From assembly GCA_964188305.1 (NCBI GenBank), contig OZ076893.1: DNA of 64,000 nucleotides; one strand, 5' to 3'. The DNA is from Podarcis bocagei. Taxonomy: Eukaryota. Shown piece after piece: positions 12,859 through 26,147 of this stretch; within the stretch, counting starts at the first letter, position 1, and each line of letters begins with the position of its first letter. Position numbers and translations under genes: made by a program. The notes under the pieces are model-generated. The model was not told the origin of the DNA. It saw only the letters and a program-made list of their open reading frames with translations, and ran no database searches.

Positions 12859-14049
12859 GGTTGGTTCTTCTGCATGAAAACACAGGAGAAATATAATGTC
12901 AATATGACTGCTATAAAATAACATTTGACCTTGTGCCCTTCCATCATTCTTGCAACATAGAAAGGAATTCTCCTTAACAGCAAGTTCTCATATACCACAT
13001 TATTAACAGTTGTGTGACTGTTTTACTATAAGTTTACATCAACAACATATGGCTAATAAATATGCCGCAAAGTAAAAGCTAGGGCTGAAGGACAAATGAA
13101 AAAACATTTACGGAAGTTGGGAGTAAGCAACTGCTTCTTCTGAGAAGGAATTTCCCCCCATACAACTGATTATACATAACAGTGTTTAATCCTCTGCAAT
13201 TTTACACAAATCTAGCTATAGCCTCCTTTGTTAAAAAGAAACTTTCTAAAAACTAGTTTTAATGACATAAAAATAGAGGCAGCATCTGAAGAAGGAAAGA
13301 GTCAAGTTCCTGTGATCTGTATGGCTACTTATTCCTCATGGTCTTCGCATGCTTTTACACCCACACTTACTACCTGTAATCCAGTGAAATAGTTCTGGGG
13401 GCCAAGTTCAGAAGTATGCAAATATTGGACACTGACTGAAGCATGCAAGCTGAACACGTGCTTGCAAAATAAACTGTATGCACTTTGCATAAATTATTTT
13501 GAGCTTCCTAGTTATAAAGGATTCCTAGTTATAAAGGTCCCAAGTGACTTAAACAGAACATGGCATGTCTTTTTAACAAGATTTCACAAAAGGAAGGAGG
13601 TAAACAATCCAAACAACTTGGAAATCTGCTATCCTACACGATCACACATTATGTTAATAGTGTGGTGCAGGCATAATTTGATGCCCCATAAATAAGGTAT
13701 GTAGTAGAATGACAACTGTCTTATGTTTCCATGCACCAACACTAACTTGGATCATATCCCCACTTCAACCAAAAATATCTGAAGCCCACCCAGAGGTCAA
13801 AACAAAACATGCAGCAGACAGTACTGTACTGTTTTTCACCCCATTATGTGAAGTTTCTATTTAAACTTTTACATACACCTATAAAAAACCACCAGCACAC
13901 GGAAGCCACTTTATGCATCCGAACAAGTGGGCTCTATTCAAACTCCTGCTGGTCTTTCTAGGACTGCCGTTCTTCCTTCTTCCTAAAACAAACTAAAGCA
14001 GTGACGTTTTTGGAATACGGGTTGTTGTTGTTGGGGGAATGTTTCCGTT

Positions 14050-15200
14050 GGCTTTTGCTTTAGCACGACAGAAACTCCGAGCAAAACGGAACATTTTGAA
14101 AGAATCCCGCTGGCAAAACAAACGCGACTCCATGCTCCAACCATCTCTTCCTTAAGGATTTATAAGCTCCAGGATTTTCGGGACCGAGGCAGAAGAAGAC
14201 AGAGAAAGAGTGGTAGCCCTCATCCCGCCCGCCCCACCGTGTTCAATCTGCCCCTCACTATAAGTAAACGGTTAAGCCCCCCACAAGGGCAATAATGTCA
14301 GGCGAGAGGATTCCGGCAGGAAACGCTGAAGAGACGTCAAGGCCGGGCGGAGGGAACAGAAATCCTGTCAGGCTCCGAGCAAGGAGGCTCCCTGCCGCCT
14401 TAACCGTTTCCACAGAGCGGGCTGCGCGCGACAAACGTCGCTTCCTGGGCGTTCGAAACCGCCACCCAGGCCGTTAGGACCTCGCCTTCGACCGTTATCC
14501 CGGGAGCAACGGAACACTCACCTCGTCGCGAGACGGACACCTCGGGGCACTTCTGAGAAAGTGTCAGCAGCAGCGATGGCGCACAGCCACGGTTTTTCTT
14601 AAAAAAGAGAAAGGAAAGATAAAAGGGGGGAAAAACCTCACCACCCCTCAGGTAACAAGAGCAGCGGCTGGTAGAGACTTAAGGAGGGGGGCGGGACCAG
14701 ACGTGAGGCTGTTGCTCACTCTTCCCCAGGAAAAAAAATAAAAATCAACAACGTTTCAAAATGGCGGGTTGTCAAAGGGGAAGAAGGAAGCGGGAAATCT
14801 CTGGCCAATCGGCGCTCGGGACGTCGGGCTTGGGAGGCGGGGTTTTGAGAAAGTGACGGGCAGAAAGGAAAGGCCTCGCGCCGCGAACTGGGTGAAAGGG
14901 AGGTTTTGTGTTTGGCAGGGGGAAAGCTCCACGGCGCATGCGTGCAACTGAGGGCGGGGGCGGTTCGGAAGTTGCCATGGTGGCGCCCTCGAGCATGCTT
15001 GCTGCTGTGGTTGGGGGGCCCGTCCGAATGTGTTTTTTTTTTTAAGCGGCCGCAAGACGAAAGCGCATTTGCAACTCCTGAAGGGGAAAGGGACCAGAGT
15101 GCAGCCCAATGAGAGCTCTGGTTCTTCTGCCAGCTCAGGCGCACTAAGCATAGAGAGAAAACCCCGTGTCCATATTGCCACCGATCTGTAAAATCTACCA
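14050..15200 (-). promoter_or_regulatory. DEK: CpG island containing the DEK promoter and non-coding first exon(s)
   Basis: Only strongly CpG-rich stretch in the window. Motifs: YY1 CGCCATTTTG (minus, 14757-14766), E2F TTTCCCGC (minus, 14790-14797), CCAAT (14805-14809), NRF1-like GCGCATGCGT (14934-14943), GC boxes (14952-14963), ETS CGGAAGT (14966-14972). Strong minus-strand donor GAG|GTGAGT at 14522/14521. Confidence 0.88.
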
Positions 15201-15462
15201 ACAACAACAACAATTTATTATTTATACCCGGCCCATCTGGCTGGGTTTTCCCAGCCACTGGGTGGCTTCCAACAAAATATTAAAAATACATTAAATACTA
15301 TGCTTCTCCTACAGCCGCGTTCAGGATTGGAATCAACTATTTATTTTATTTCTATTTAGATTTGTATACTGCTTTTTTACCAGAATCCCCACTGTGACTC
15401 ATAACATTAATAACATATTTCCGTTGAAAACCTTCCAGTTTCAATATTAAAAGACTACAATA

Positions 15463-15688
15463 CAGTGGTACCTCAGGTTACATACGCTTCAGGTTACAGC
15501 CTCTGCTAACCCAGAAATAGTACCTCGGGTTAAGAACTTTGCTTCAGGATGAGAACAGAAATTGTGCTCTGGCAGCGCGGCAGCAGCAGGAGGCCCCATT
15601 AGCTAAAGTGGTTCTTCAGGTTAAAAACAGTTTCAGGTTAAGAACAGACCTCCGGAATGAATTAAGTACTTAACCCGAGGTACCACTG
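15463..15688. mobile_element. Tc1/mariner MITE family A, 226 bp, opposite orientation to the 2899 copy
   Basis: Same TIRs and body, TA TSD. Confidence 0.9.
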
Positions 15689-18600
15689 TAAATGGACTCT
15701 CGAGGAGAGATGGGAGCACAAGAGAGAAAACAGGGTAGAATAGATATAGTATATGGGTAAGTTATTGGGTGAATGAAAGGCAATGCACCTGTGTGCAATG
15801 TATGTCACTGAGTGTGTCTGATCTACTTGGGCACATGTGCTTTTGTTTACAGGTATCAAAATGATGCAGTCTTCAATATCCCTGCCTTCGAAAGTAAAAT
15901 TAGATGGAAGATTCTGCAATATGTACAGATGCATGAAATATCCTCAGCAGAATTGTAGGAAGTCTGTAAGAGGTACTGTGGGCTAGTGGTCATGTTAAAA
16001 ACCATGTTAGTAATTCTTTGTAATATTTATTATTTAAATAATAAAACCTATGAAACTTGGCTCCATTCACACTGTAGTCTGATACCTACTTTCTAGGATT
16101 AAGTCCCTCTGAACTGCACACCTCTGAATAGGATTGTGCTGTTAGAAACAGTTATTCTTTCCATTCGTGGTGAATTATGTCTTACAGAGAACAACAGAGA
16201 TACATTTCTCATTGTTGGAATAAATGTGTTTTGTTTCTGTTGACATCCACTAAGTTTATAAAAATGTAATTAAAAATAAATATTACTTCTAACTATTGAC
16301 GGATCGAGCACACACTAGCGAAAATTCCACTGACCTCCAGCTCCTCCTTCCAGTCCAAAGGGCAAAATACACATCAAGATGGGTATGTAAAAAACAAAAC
16401 TAAAATCTAAAACTGAACAATTCCAGATAGAGGCTGCTGTTATCTTGAATGCTAGCATGCAACTCTGTAAATGGAGCTCTGCCTAAAGTAACAAGGACAG
16501 TAGATAGTGATTAGGTACTGTGGAATAAAAAGCTAAGCTAATAAATATGTTATTACATCTTCAAAGACTGAGGAGTATTGTGATGAAACAAAAGTTTAAA
16601 ATCACGATACAGAGACTTCATATATTGTTACGTTGCTGGTCTCACATAATAAGACACAAGTCTAGTTCAGTCATAGCTACAAAACATAAGAATGAGCCTG
16701 AACAATCTTTGTGTTCACACACTCCCCCCTTGTCCCTTCCACATGTAATCTGGAAGCCTTTGCTTTGGAATTAACCACAGTTTTCCATTATGCCTAAGCT
16801 TTGAAAACTGCTTTGTTCTAATGGTTCATTGACGAGCCAGGGTATCAAATAATGGATTGCTGTTGCATCTAAGAACGTTAGAATGGTATTTATTTCATTG
16901 ACTTTGATGGATCGGAAATGCTAACCTCTCTTCCAGGCTGGATTCATACAATGGCATCAGTCTTCATAGCATTTTGAAGTTAATTATGTCTTTGTATGGT
17001 GTTCAAATCATGATATGAATTAAACAAAAAAGTGGCTGGCTTCTTTTATGTTAAAGTTCCTGCAAGCTTTATGCTCTTAATTCTGGGAAAGTTGCCTGTA
17101 AAAAATATGTACACATTTATTTGTATCAAATCACCTGTGAATTGACTACAATAATATTCCTCTGTAAGTCTGGTTATATTTATAAACTACAGACAAAGAA
17201 TATTTCAGATTTGTTTCTTTTATTTCAGAACAGATATAACTATGTTTTACAGGTCCATTCTGTTTTTTTGTGCAGTTCTTATGAGTATCCATATATTAAA
17301 TATTTGTTGGATATATATTAAATGCAGTGAGTACACAGGATTCCTTTCTTTTGAGGTTGAGCTTCCTTATTCCACACCCCAACACACAGTAGCTGTGGCA
17401 GTCCTTAAGAGACAGACTCTTTCTAACACTCTACTCTTGAAATGCAGAATGAATTTGCCTTTTGTAGGAAGAGGAGGAGGAGGAGGTGGTGCCTTCTGAC
17501 ACAAACTGCCTGTATCAATTGCAGTGAGCAGACCGTTACAGTTGTAAAACCCCTCTTCAGACTAGGCCAGTTGCTGGAGGAGCAATTGCACTATTCACTA
17601 CCCAAACTAAATATATGTGGCAAAGAAATCCCAGTAATAGGTTGCCTAAGACTGCTGAGGTATGCAGATTCTGAACTGCAGCTCCTTTGGAAAATATAGA
17701 AGGGTGATAAGTTAGGGTGAAAGGGAGTATAGAAGGCAAACGAGAGTTTAAAAAGGACTATGTAGTTGCAGAAAGAGATTTTTTGAGACGTTACCTGAAG
17801 CTGTCATTGGTTTCTTTATCTGCTGCATGGAAGAAATGGCTGCATTTCTGAAAGAAGAAGCAAGCTGTAACCAGTGAAAAGAAATCCTGGACTGCTTGCA
17901 ACTCTATTAACTGCCAAAGCACAGGAGAAAGGTGAGATTCCCCTCTATGCATCTGGACAATGGTAAATATTAGGCTTTTTCCTATTTATTGTCATTCATA
18001 CTGTGGATTTAATCTTCTGTCTCCTGAACATTTCTGCCTGCAAGTTTCCTTCTGCAAACCATCAGCTTTATACCACTATGGCGAGGCATTGCTTTCATAT
18101 TTGTGGTGATGAGATGTGTGTGTGTGTTAGTTCAACTCTGCATGTTGGGCATGATGCCTTCTAGAGGATCAGTTACTCTTTTACCACAGTTTTCTTGAAG
18201 CAGCTACACCCATTAACATAGCATTGCCAGTCTGCAAACACAGTAAAAACTTGTGGTTCAGTTGAAGTTAGTGAAAATTTGCTATTGAGTTAAAGAGATC
18301 CAGAAAGTTGCTTGTTCAGTCCTAATCAGGACATCACGGATCTCCACAAGTTAAATACATTTTGGAACATTTTCCAGACCAAGCCATCTCCTTGCAAAAT
18401 ATTATCATACCCTAACATCTGACAAAGTAAATGCATACTGTACATTAGTCTTAAAATCAGGTTTGTGGTGGGGAAACAAATTACTTCTCTGGAGTGTAAT
18501 GGCATGTAAGGTAATAGTTTCCAAATTTATATTTTCTTGTAGCATGCAAAAATACATGTTCCCGTTTAGCTGTTTATTTTTGTTATGTAGGTCTTGGGTC

Positions 18601-18792
18601 ACACATTTTCAGAATTGTGGAGAAGTTTTCATTTTCATCAGAACTGTTGAGACAAGAATGTTGGTTTCATCGTGGCTAACAGAATGAGATCAGGAATTCC
18701 CCACTCAAATCTTGCTCTGCCCAGAACTTGTCTTAGGCAAGCCACTCTTTCTCATCCTAATATTACAGGTTTGTTGTAAGGATTAAACTAGA

Positions 18793-18963
18793 TCCGTGTG
18801 CTGCGCTGGTACTGGCTCGCGAGCTGCAGCTTCGTCACGCTGGCCACGTGACCCGGAAGTGTCTTCGGACAGCGCCGGCTCACGGCCTCTAGAGCGAGAT
18901 GAGCACGCAACCCTAGAGTCGGACACAACTGGCCCATACGGGCAGGGGTACCTTTATCTTTAT
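18793..18963 (+). mobile_element. Sauria SINE 3' half, divergent subfamily
   Basis: GCTGGCCACGTGACCCGGAAG...GAGTCGGACAC...GGGGTACCTTTA. Confidence 0.85.
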
Positions 18964-21900
18964 TTCTTATTTATTTGAAGCATTTTTGCACCTCTTCAGT
19001 GAAAAATGCACTCAGAGCAGTTTACAGAGCTAAGTAAAATGGCAGTCCCTGCCTTCAGGTTCAAAATCTAGACGACAATTCAAAAGGAAGACTGATGGGG
19101 AGAAGAAAAAAAGCAATTTTGTGCACTATTCATTGGTTACAAGGTTTAAAGACCAGGTGAAATGGAGACATGATGGCTGGCTCCAGAAGGCAGTTCTTGA
19201 AACATTGGCTCCATGGGTTCTCCAGGAAGGTTCTGTTCAATTAATTGGACTTTGGTGTATTTTTATTGATAGGCAGATCTTCTGGTATATCTGGCTTCCT
19301 ATGCTAAAATAGCATTCCCACTCCCTGTATTCATTTGGGTTCCTGCTTTTTGGCTTCTATTCTGTTCATGGTTTTCAATCCAAGCTTCATTCATGTTCCC
19401 TTTGCTATTATTCAACTGGGTATTTTTATATTCTTTATTTTTATGTGCAAAATTGAGGCTATTTCCTGTTATTTTTAAAAGGAAGTAATTGAATCGCATG
19501 ATATGTTTAACAGTCCCACGATACATTTTAACAGTCATTAACAAAAATCCAGTTTTCCACTGCCATTAACAATATTCTTGTTGCGTGGTTGATAAGATGC
19601 TAATTTCTTCAGGAAATACAGGATCTGTGGCAAACACAGCCATTGTTCCCTGCTGTTTGTAGGGCAAGATTTTCTCTAATCTCACTGAACCTCTACTTTT
19701 GTCCTTATTCTGCTTTATTTATTTTTCAAGGCTCCTATAACTTGCCAAATATTTAACTATCCAGGCTAACTATGGAAGGTATCAAATCCTTTTCCATCTA
19801 AAAGAAACAAAGTGAGAATATTTTTCTTTTTGCTATCAAGAGGATATTTAAAGTCCACTGCGGTAAAATTTTGGTCAGGTCAATGACTATTCTCTAATTT
19901 TCCTAATTTATTCTTTATTTGTACTGGGTTTACCAGACAAGTCAGCACAATCATATGAACATCCACATGGTGGTGTTGTGTCAGGAAGGAGATCACATAT
20001 ACTTTGGTTCACATGCTTGGTCAGCACAACACAAATGTGAATGAATGAATTGTTTATTGTGGTCACAGGCAAATAAAATTTGGTATGGAAAGAAAACATA
20101 TAGCTCATTAAAACAATTAAAAACAGACAAATACAAACACACATTTCTCTCTCTCTCTCTTTTCCTAATCTGCACTGAAGTCAGAAATTGTTTTTCCAAC
20201 CCTCTCAGTAACACTGGAGGAAACATCCCTTAAACAGAATGATACAAAATTAGGACATATTCCCAGGGCAGTTCGGAGTAGAGGGAGAATTAACCTCTCT
20301 TACTACACAGGCTACAGTACAGCATAACATGGTCAACAGGTTCTGCTCCAGCTCCACGAATACAACCTGTCAAGAACTGAAATCTTGCTCACTTAACAGT
20401 GCAGAATGTAGCACATTAAAATAAGCAAGGATAAATGCTCTCCCATTTGAACGATGATTATATAGTTTAGGGGTTTGCTAAACAGTAATGAAATGCAGAG
20501 TTTGTTACTGTGAAGATGTAAGACGATTAATTGCTGAACAACAAAAAAACTGGGCCTCCTTTGACCTATAATTGCAGCAAAATTGAGGAGAGAAGCCCAG
20601 CCTAAATATCTTCTTCCCATTGACTAATGAAAGAGTATGAGAGTATGAAAGAATATGCTTTGCAGCTACTGAAAAGCATAAATATAACCACCATTTCAGG
20701 ACATGATCTCAACAATTCAGCTGACTGAATACACACATCCAAATAAATAGCTGTGTTCCCCACACAAGATAGTAAACCCAGTATCTCCTGGAGGAAAGCA
20801 GACTGAACTCTTTCCACTTGGGAGTTTAACCCTGAAATCCAAATGGGAATGCTGTAAGTTGGGTCATGGACTTAGATCATAGGCTTGAATAACAGGAGAT
20901 AAAGGGACACTTTGCATAAGGAAGAACCCTGAAATAACATGCCAGCTAGAACTTCACAATGTGACTGTGATGCTCTTATCATGTGCAGCAGAAGGGTTTT
21001 TCCCAGCAGCTTCACTGGGAAGGGCAACATTTGAACCAATCTTCTTTCTTGGAGGAAGTAAGCTGTGCCTTTACCAGCAGCTTGACCAGAAGAAATTTAA
21101 TAGGTGATTCCCCCCTCTTCATGGACATAAACAAGGGAAATAGATTCCCCAGTGAAGTCCTTGCATATTACACTATAGGTAAAAGTACTGCAGTAGAGCC
21201 AATTAAAAGGATGGCACCTCTGTTGTCTTGAAATAAAGGGATAAGGAAGTAAATCTCCTAGTCAGCTTGGTGGATGCAAAACACTCAGTGAACAACTGAG
21301 GAGACCTATGGATGTCGCTGGTATTGAAGGAACATCCATTATTTTCAATGACAGTGTATGCTGAAGTGATATTCTCACAACATGTCAACTCCTAGGCTTA
21401 GCATACCAGCTGTAAGATGGAGTTGCAAATATATAAAACACCTGGCCAGATTCAAGTTGTAGTCGGCATGCTATATGAAGCCCAGAGTCTGTACATGTGA
21501 ATTTAACCAGCCTGACATAAAATAAGGAATACTGGAAACTCATGGATCCCCATATTTCCTTGTTTTGAGGCGGCCCACATTAGTGAAACCACAACATATT
21601 TTCCTCTTGGAATTCCTGACACTCCTTGAGTCTGCTGGAATTAAGCAAACAGATCAGATTTTTGTGGCATGGCAGCTTTTTCTGACCTTATTAAAAACCC
21701 ATGTTAATTCCATCCATGTCATTTCAGTTTTAAAGGCATGTAGCCTGCGTTAACTAGGATCTTATCTGTGCAGATCATATGCCAAAAGGGCTTGGCATTT
21801 TCCTTCAGCAAAAAGGGCCTTGTGTTATTATTATTGCAACTTTTAATCCTCATTTGAAGGTCCACAAAAAGTACATCTGTATTACAGCGTAATCCTATAC

Positions 21901-24292
21901 ATGTTCACTCAGAAGTCAGCCCCATTAATGTAACTGGCGCTTAAGTGTGTATAGTAAATTTATAGCCTGAGTTAAACTTCCATCACACTTGCTAGTCCTT
22001 TTCTGGTGACACAATAGTGTGCTAACATGCTAGGAGGGGTGGATGGGAGTTGAGTGCACTAACATCATCCCCTGTTGTCTTTCTGCTACTTTCAAACTTG
22101 TGGAGGGAGTGGGGAGCCTCATGTGCTCATTTGAGATTTGGGGGTTTTCAGGGTTTAAAATGATTGGGTAGCAGATAGAGAAAGCCCCCAGCTTCACAAG
22201 ATCTGTGAGTTAGAGGTCAAATGCAAAGACAATGGCATGTGGGTGGCATGAAGTGTGCTAGCTCCTCTCACAGGTTAACTCAACACATTACTCCAAGACT
22301 TGAAGAGAAATTTAGTGTTGAGAGATTGCTGGGGCATGCATGACCTGAGTCGGGGGCGGGGCGCAGCGGTCTACATACAGGGAAAAAATGCTTTAAATAA
22401 GTCAGAAATTAAATCATTATAAGAAAAGAAAAAAACCCTATGCAAAAACACTCTAGAAAGGTTTTGTGCTCTCTGGCACCATCTGGTGTTGCATGTTTAT
22501 AATGTATTCAAGTCGCTGCTTTTTTGACTAAAGTAGCTGAGTCCAGGGTCTGCAAGCAAAGGTCTAGCATATTTGCAAAAGGATTTACAGTGTAACCCCA
22601 CAAGTAATATATATAGGTAGTATACCTCCTGCCAAATACCTTCAGGATTGCTCCTTTGAGTTTGATTGATGACACCACAGAAAGTTGGGCTCTGGAAGTC
22701 CCAGTCCCTATTATATCACCAAATGTTCTGTCCCCTGGGAGTTCCACTCTGGAAGATACGATCCAGGAAACAGAAGTCATGTGTTTCTGAATCTGGACCT
22801 TGCCCATCATTCCATGGCATAGGATGTTTGCGGATTCTCCTTTTAGATATTTGCCAGAAAAGCAAAATCTAGATGTACATTACTTGTGCATCTTAAAGAA
22901 TCATAATGTGAATAAAAGCCAAATTGATTTGGCTTACTCTAAAAGCCCTTGCTTCCACTTTCTGCAACACATTAATCATACTGGATACTAAAACGATGCT
23001 CTTACTCTGGTTTTCAGCAATTTTATGTTTATTTTATTCATTTATTCCAAAATATACTGCAATAAAGCAAATTCCGCAAACAGAGCTTTACATAAGAAAT
23101 ACAGAAGCAATATAATACTTGGGTCTTCAAAACAGAAATATTTTAGTGTCCGTTTAGAAATGAACAGCTTTATATAATCTCTGATTTTGCTAATCTAAGA
23201 AATAACTCTATTTCACCCAGCGACTTCAGAAGGCGAAGGAAAATGTACATTTAAATAGCAAGTTCTACAGAAACGGCCTGGCATATTTTCAAAAGGGTAC
23301 AGTGTTACACAAAGACGCAACTGTGAAAGTAGCAAGCTTTCAGACCATTTACTGCAGTTCTCATTTCAAGGAATGGAAAAGTAAACATTAAGCAAAGAAG
23401 GTTAAATCTGTATCTAGAATAGCATAATAAACAAAATTTAAGATTGTTGGCTGGCCCATTGCTGTTGTGAATATATTTATTATTGTATAATGGCTAATTT
23501 TGCTTGATTAGCACCTTTTCCCAGTCCCTGCACTGATAACCCAAACAAGCGAATACCATTGTCAGTGTATTAAAAAGAGATTTTGGTCTTGTAAAACAGT
23601 TTTAAGAATGCAAATGGCAGTGCAATACAATACGGAAAGCAGTCAACTGATCATGTATGTCTCAATTTCTCTTCTAATTGGCAGACTTTGGTACTTTTGC
23701 GTCCCCTTCTAGTGAATGGAGTTTTCCCCACTGGTCTTCTCGGCTGTTTGGCTCCACATGGAATCAATATTCAGAAAGGGAAGGGAATCCCATAATTCAG
23801 CAGGACAATGCATTTGCTACCATTTGTTCATGGGACATCCTTGCCCTTTACTGATGCAAACAGTTTGGATGGCAGTTAGAATACTTTTCATAAATCCTGT
23901 CAGGTATGTTTGAATGACTACACACACACCTGGCAGTTGGCAATATACCATAGATAACTGCCATGGTTGTGGGCAAATATATCCACAACTACAAAAGCCT
24001 ATGGCAATGGATTTTTTAATCTCACGGATCATCCCTAAAACACATTTCCATTCCCCAAAACAAAAACAATCTGTTAATTTATTGTTACTTGGATATAGGC
24101 AAACTGTTCTGAGTAGATTTAGATTTAGTAGATTCCATGATTTAGGTTTAGTTATACCTGCTTTGTTGGTCTTATAGAATATATTGGTTAAGTCTGTGCT
24201 ATGAACTAATAGACTCTGAACACTAGAGGGATTATTTGTATTATAATACAGCAACAGTGACATCTTAATGCTTGGGCTTGTTTACAACTACT

Positions 24293-24435
24293 CAGTGCTT
24301 TTTTTCTAAAACAAAATGTTTAGGGGTACTCTCATTTTCCTACTCATATTGAAATACTGCCCCTCAATGAGGCCAAACTTACGGTAGATTCACAAAATGT
24401 TTAGGGGTATGTGTCCCCCCAGAAAAAAAGCACTG
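24293..24435. mobile_element. hAT-type MITE, 143 bp, perfect 8-bp TSD
   Basis: TIR CAGTGCTTTTTTTCT / AGAAAAAAAGCACTG; CAACTACT at 24285-24292 and 24436-24443. Confidence 0.9.
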
Positions 24436-24665
24436 CAACTACTTAAAAGACTGTAACCCTATGCACAGTAGAACCAAGGCCAACTGAACTCAATGGGACT
24501 CATGGCACAGTAAGCAATTATAGAATTGTAATGAATCCTTTTGCAAAAAAAACCCATACCAATTTAGTAAAGAATTCAGTGAAGATACAATTCACTGCTT
24601 GTATTGAAATATAGCAAACATTTTCTCTCTAACCAAGAGCTGGATAGATCTTGTTATTCATTAAC

Positions 24666-25149
24666 CTGGCGGTTCTCAAATTGTTTCTCTGATCCACACT
24701 TTCAGTATTAAAATGTGCTCATGCAACACCAGTTTTTTTATTGAGAAGAGATACATTGGAAAACAAAAATAAGAAACTCCCAGCAGTGCTTGATTTACCC
24801 TATAACATAGAACACAACTACTTTATTATACGGTCATGCTACATCCAGAAAGTGTAAAACAATGCAGCTACATAAGAACATGAATCATTACCTACCGGTA
24901 AATATAATTATAAACAAGCCTCTTAAGTATGTATACAAACTCAATGAGCGGTGCGTCCTTGCAGTATCACCTGATGCTCTTGCTCTCATTTTGAAAAGGT
25001 ATCTATCCATATTCTGCAAATAAAAGAAAAATGCTATGCTATGCTATGCTATACTGAAACGTTTCTTTATTGTCCTTGAATCTTCCCGCACACTTGTCAC
25101 CTTCTCCTGACACACCAGTGTTGCATGCCACACCCATTGAGAACCATTG
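24666..25149. mobile_element. Older hAT/Charlie-like non-autonomous element
   Basis: GGTTCTCAA ... TTGAGAACCATTG termini; no clear TSD. Confidence 0.5.
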
Positions 25150-25894
25150 CTATAAGCAAATACATTTAGGGAGAACAGAAACCTGCTGTTAGATATTCTA
25201 GTTCAATCAAGCTAATCCAGGACTTCTATGCCATCTCCTGGTTGCTGTGGGTTCCAAGTTTCCTTCGTATCACAGGGTGTGTTCATATTACCTACCACCT
25301 TAGAGTACAGTGAGATTTTTCCAGTGCATTTCACACCTTGCCCTACCCCACCCATATGTTCACGGCTTCATTGGTGTCAAATTTGTTTCTGCTTGTGTTC
25401 GTACCAGGGGGCATTGACAGGCCAGAGATGACTTTACCTTGCATGGCATGGGAGTGGGAATCATCCTGGCTAACCCTGAAACCTGTTGCTAGCTCTCAAA
25501 ACAAGTCGTTGGGGTGGTTTTGTCTTTCGTGTGGAGTTTCTGCTATAGACAGAGGCCTACCTTGCCTAATGGATGGGTGGCTGCAATTGCTAGCGCATCT
25601 CTAGGACCTTGGGACCCTGTAATTACATTCTGCTGATGATTCCATGTTAAATTAATGAACCTGCTGTGCACAAATTATTTATCATGCATTAGTTAATGAG
25701 CTGTCTCCCTATAAAGAGAGAGAAAGAGACGTCCTCACCTCTCTGCGGGTCCCACAGGAGGGTAAACAGAAATGAACTGCTCCTGCTCCAGCCCCATTAC
25801 TTTCATACACAGAGAGAAGCTTGCTCTCCTTCCACTCGTGCCCAAACCTGTAGGAAGGATGTGTAGAAGTCCAATGTGCTCAATAATCTTGTAA

Positions 25895-26147
25895 GAGCCA
25901 GTGTGGTGTAGTGGTTAAGAGCGATAGACTCGTAATCTGGTGAACCGGGTTCTCGTCTCCGCTCCTCCACATGCAGCTGCTGGGTGACCTTGGGCCAGTC
26001 ACATTTCTCTGAAGTCTCTCAGCCCCACTCACCTCACAGAGTGTTTGTTGTGGGGGAGGAAGGGAAAGGAGAATGTTAGCCGCTTTGAGACTCCTTTGGG
26101 TAGTGATAAAGCAGGATATTAAATCCAAACTCTTCTTCTTCTCTTCT
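25895..26147 (+). mobile_element. tRNA-derived SINE (Squam3-like) with (CTT)n tail
   Basis: A box TGGTGTAGTGG, B-box-like GGGTTCTCGTCTCC, CORE-like GGGTGACCTTGGGCCAGTCAC; ATAATCT on both flanks. Confidence 0.8.

Noticed and set aside
14716-15258. ORFs of 180 and 141 aa across the DEK promoter
   Set aside because: GC-rich CpG-island sequence is depleted of stop codons; no protein features.
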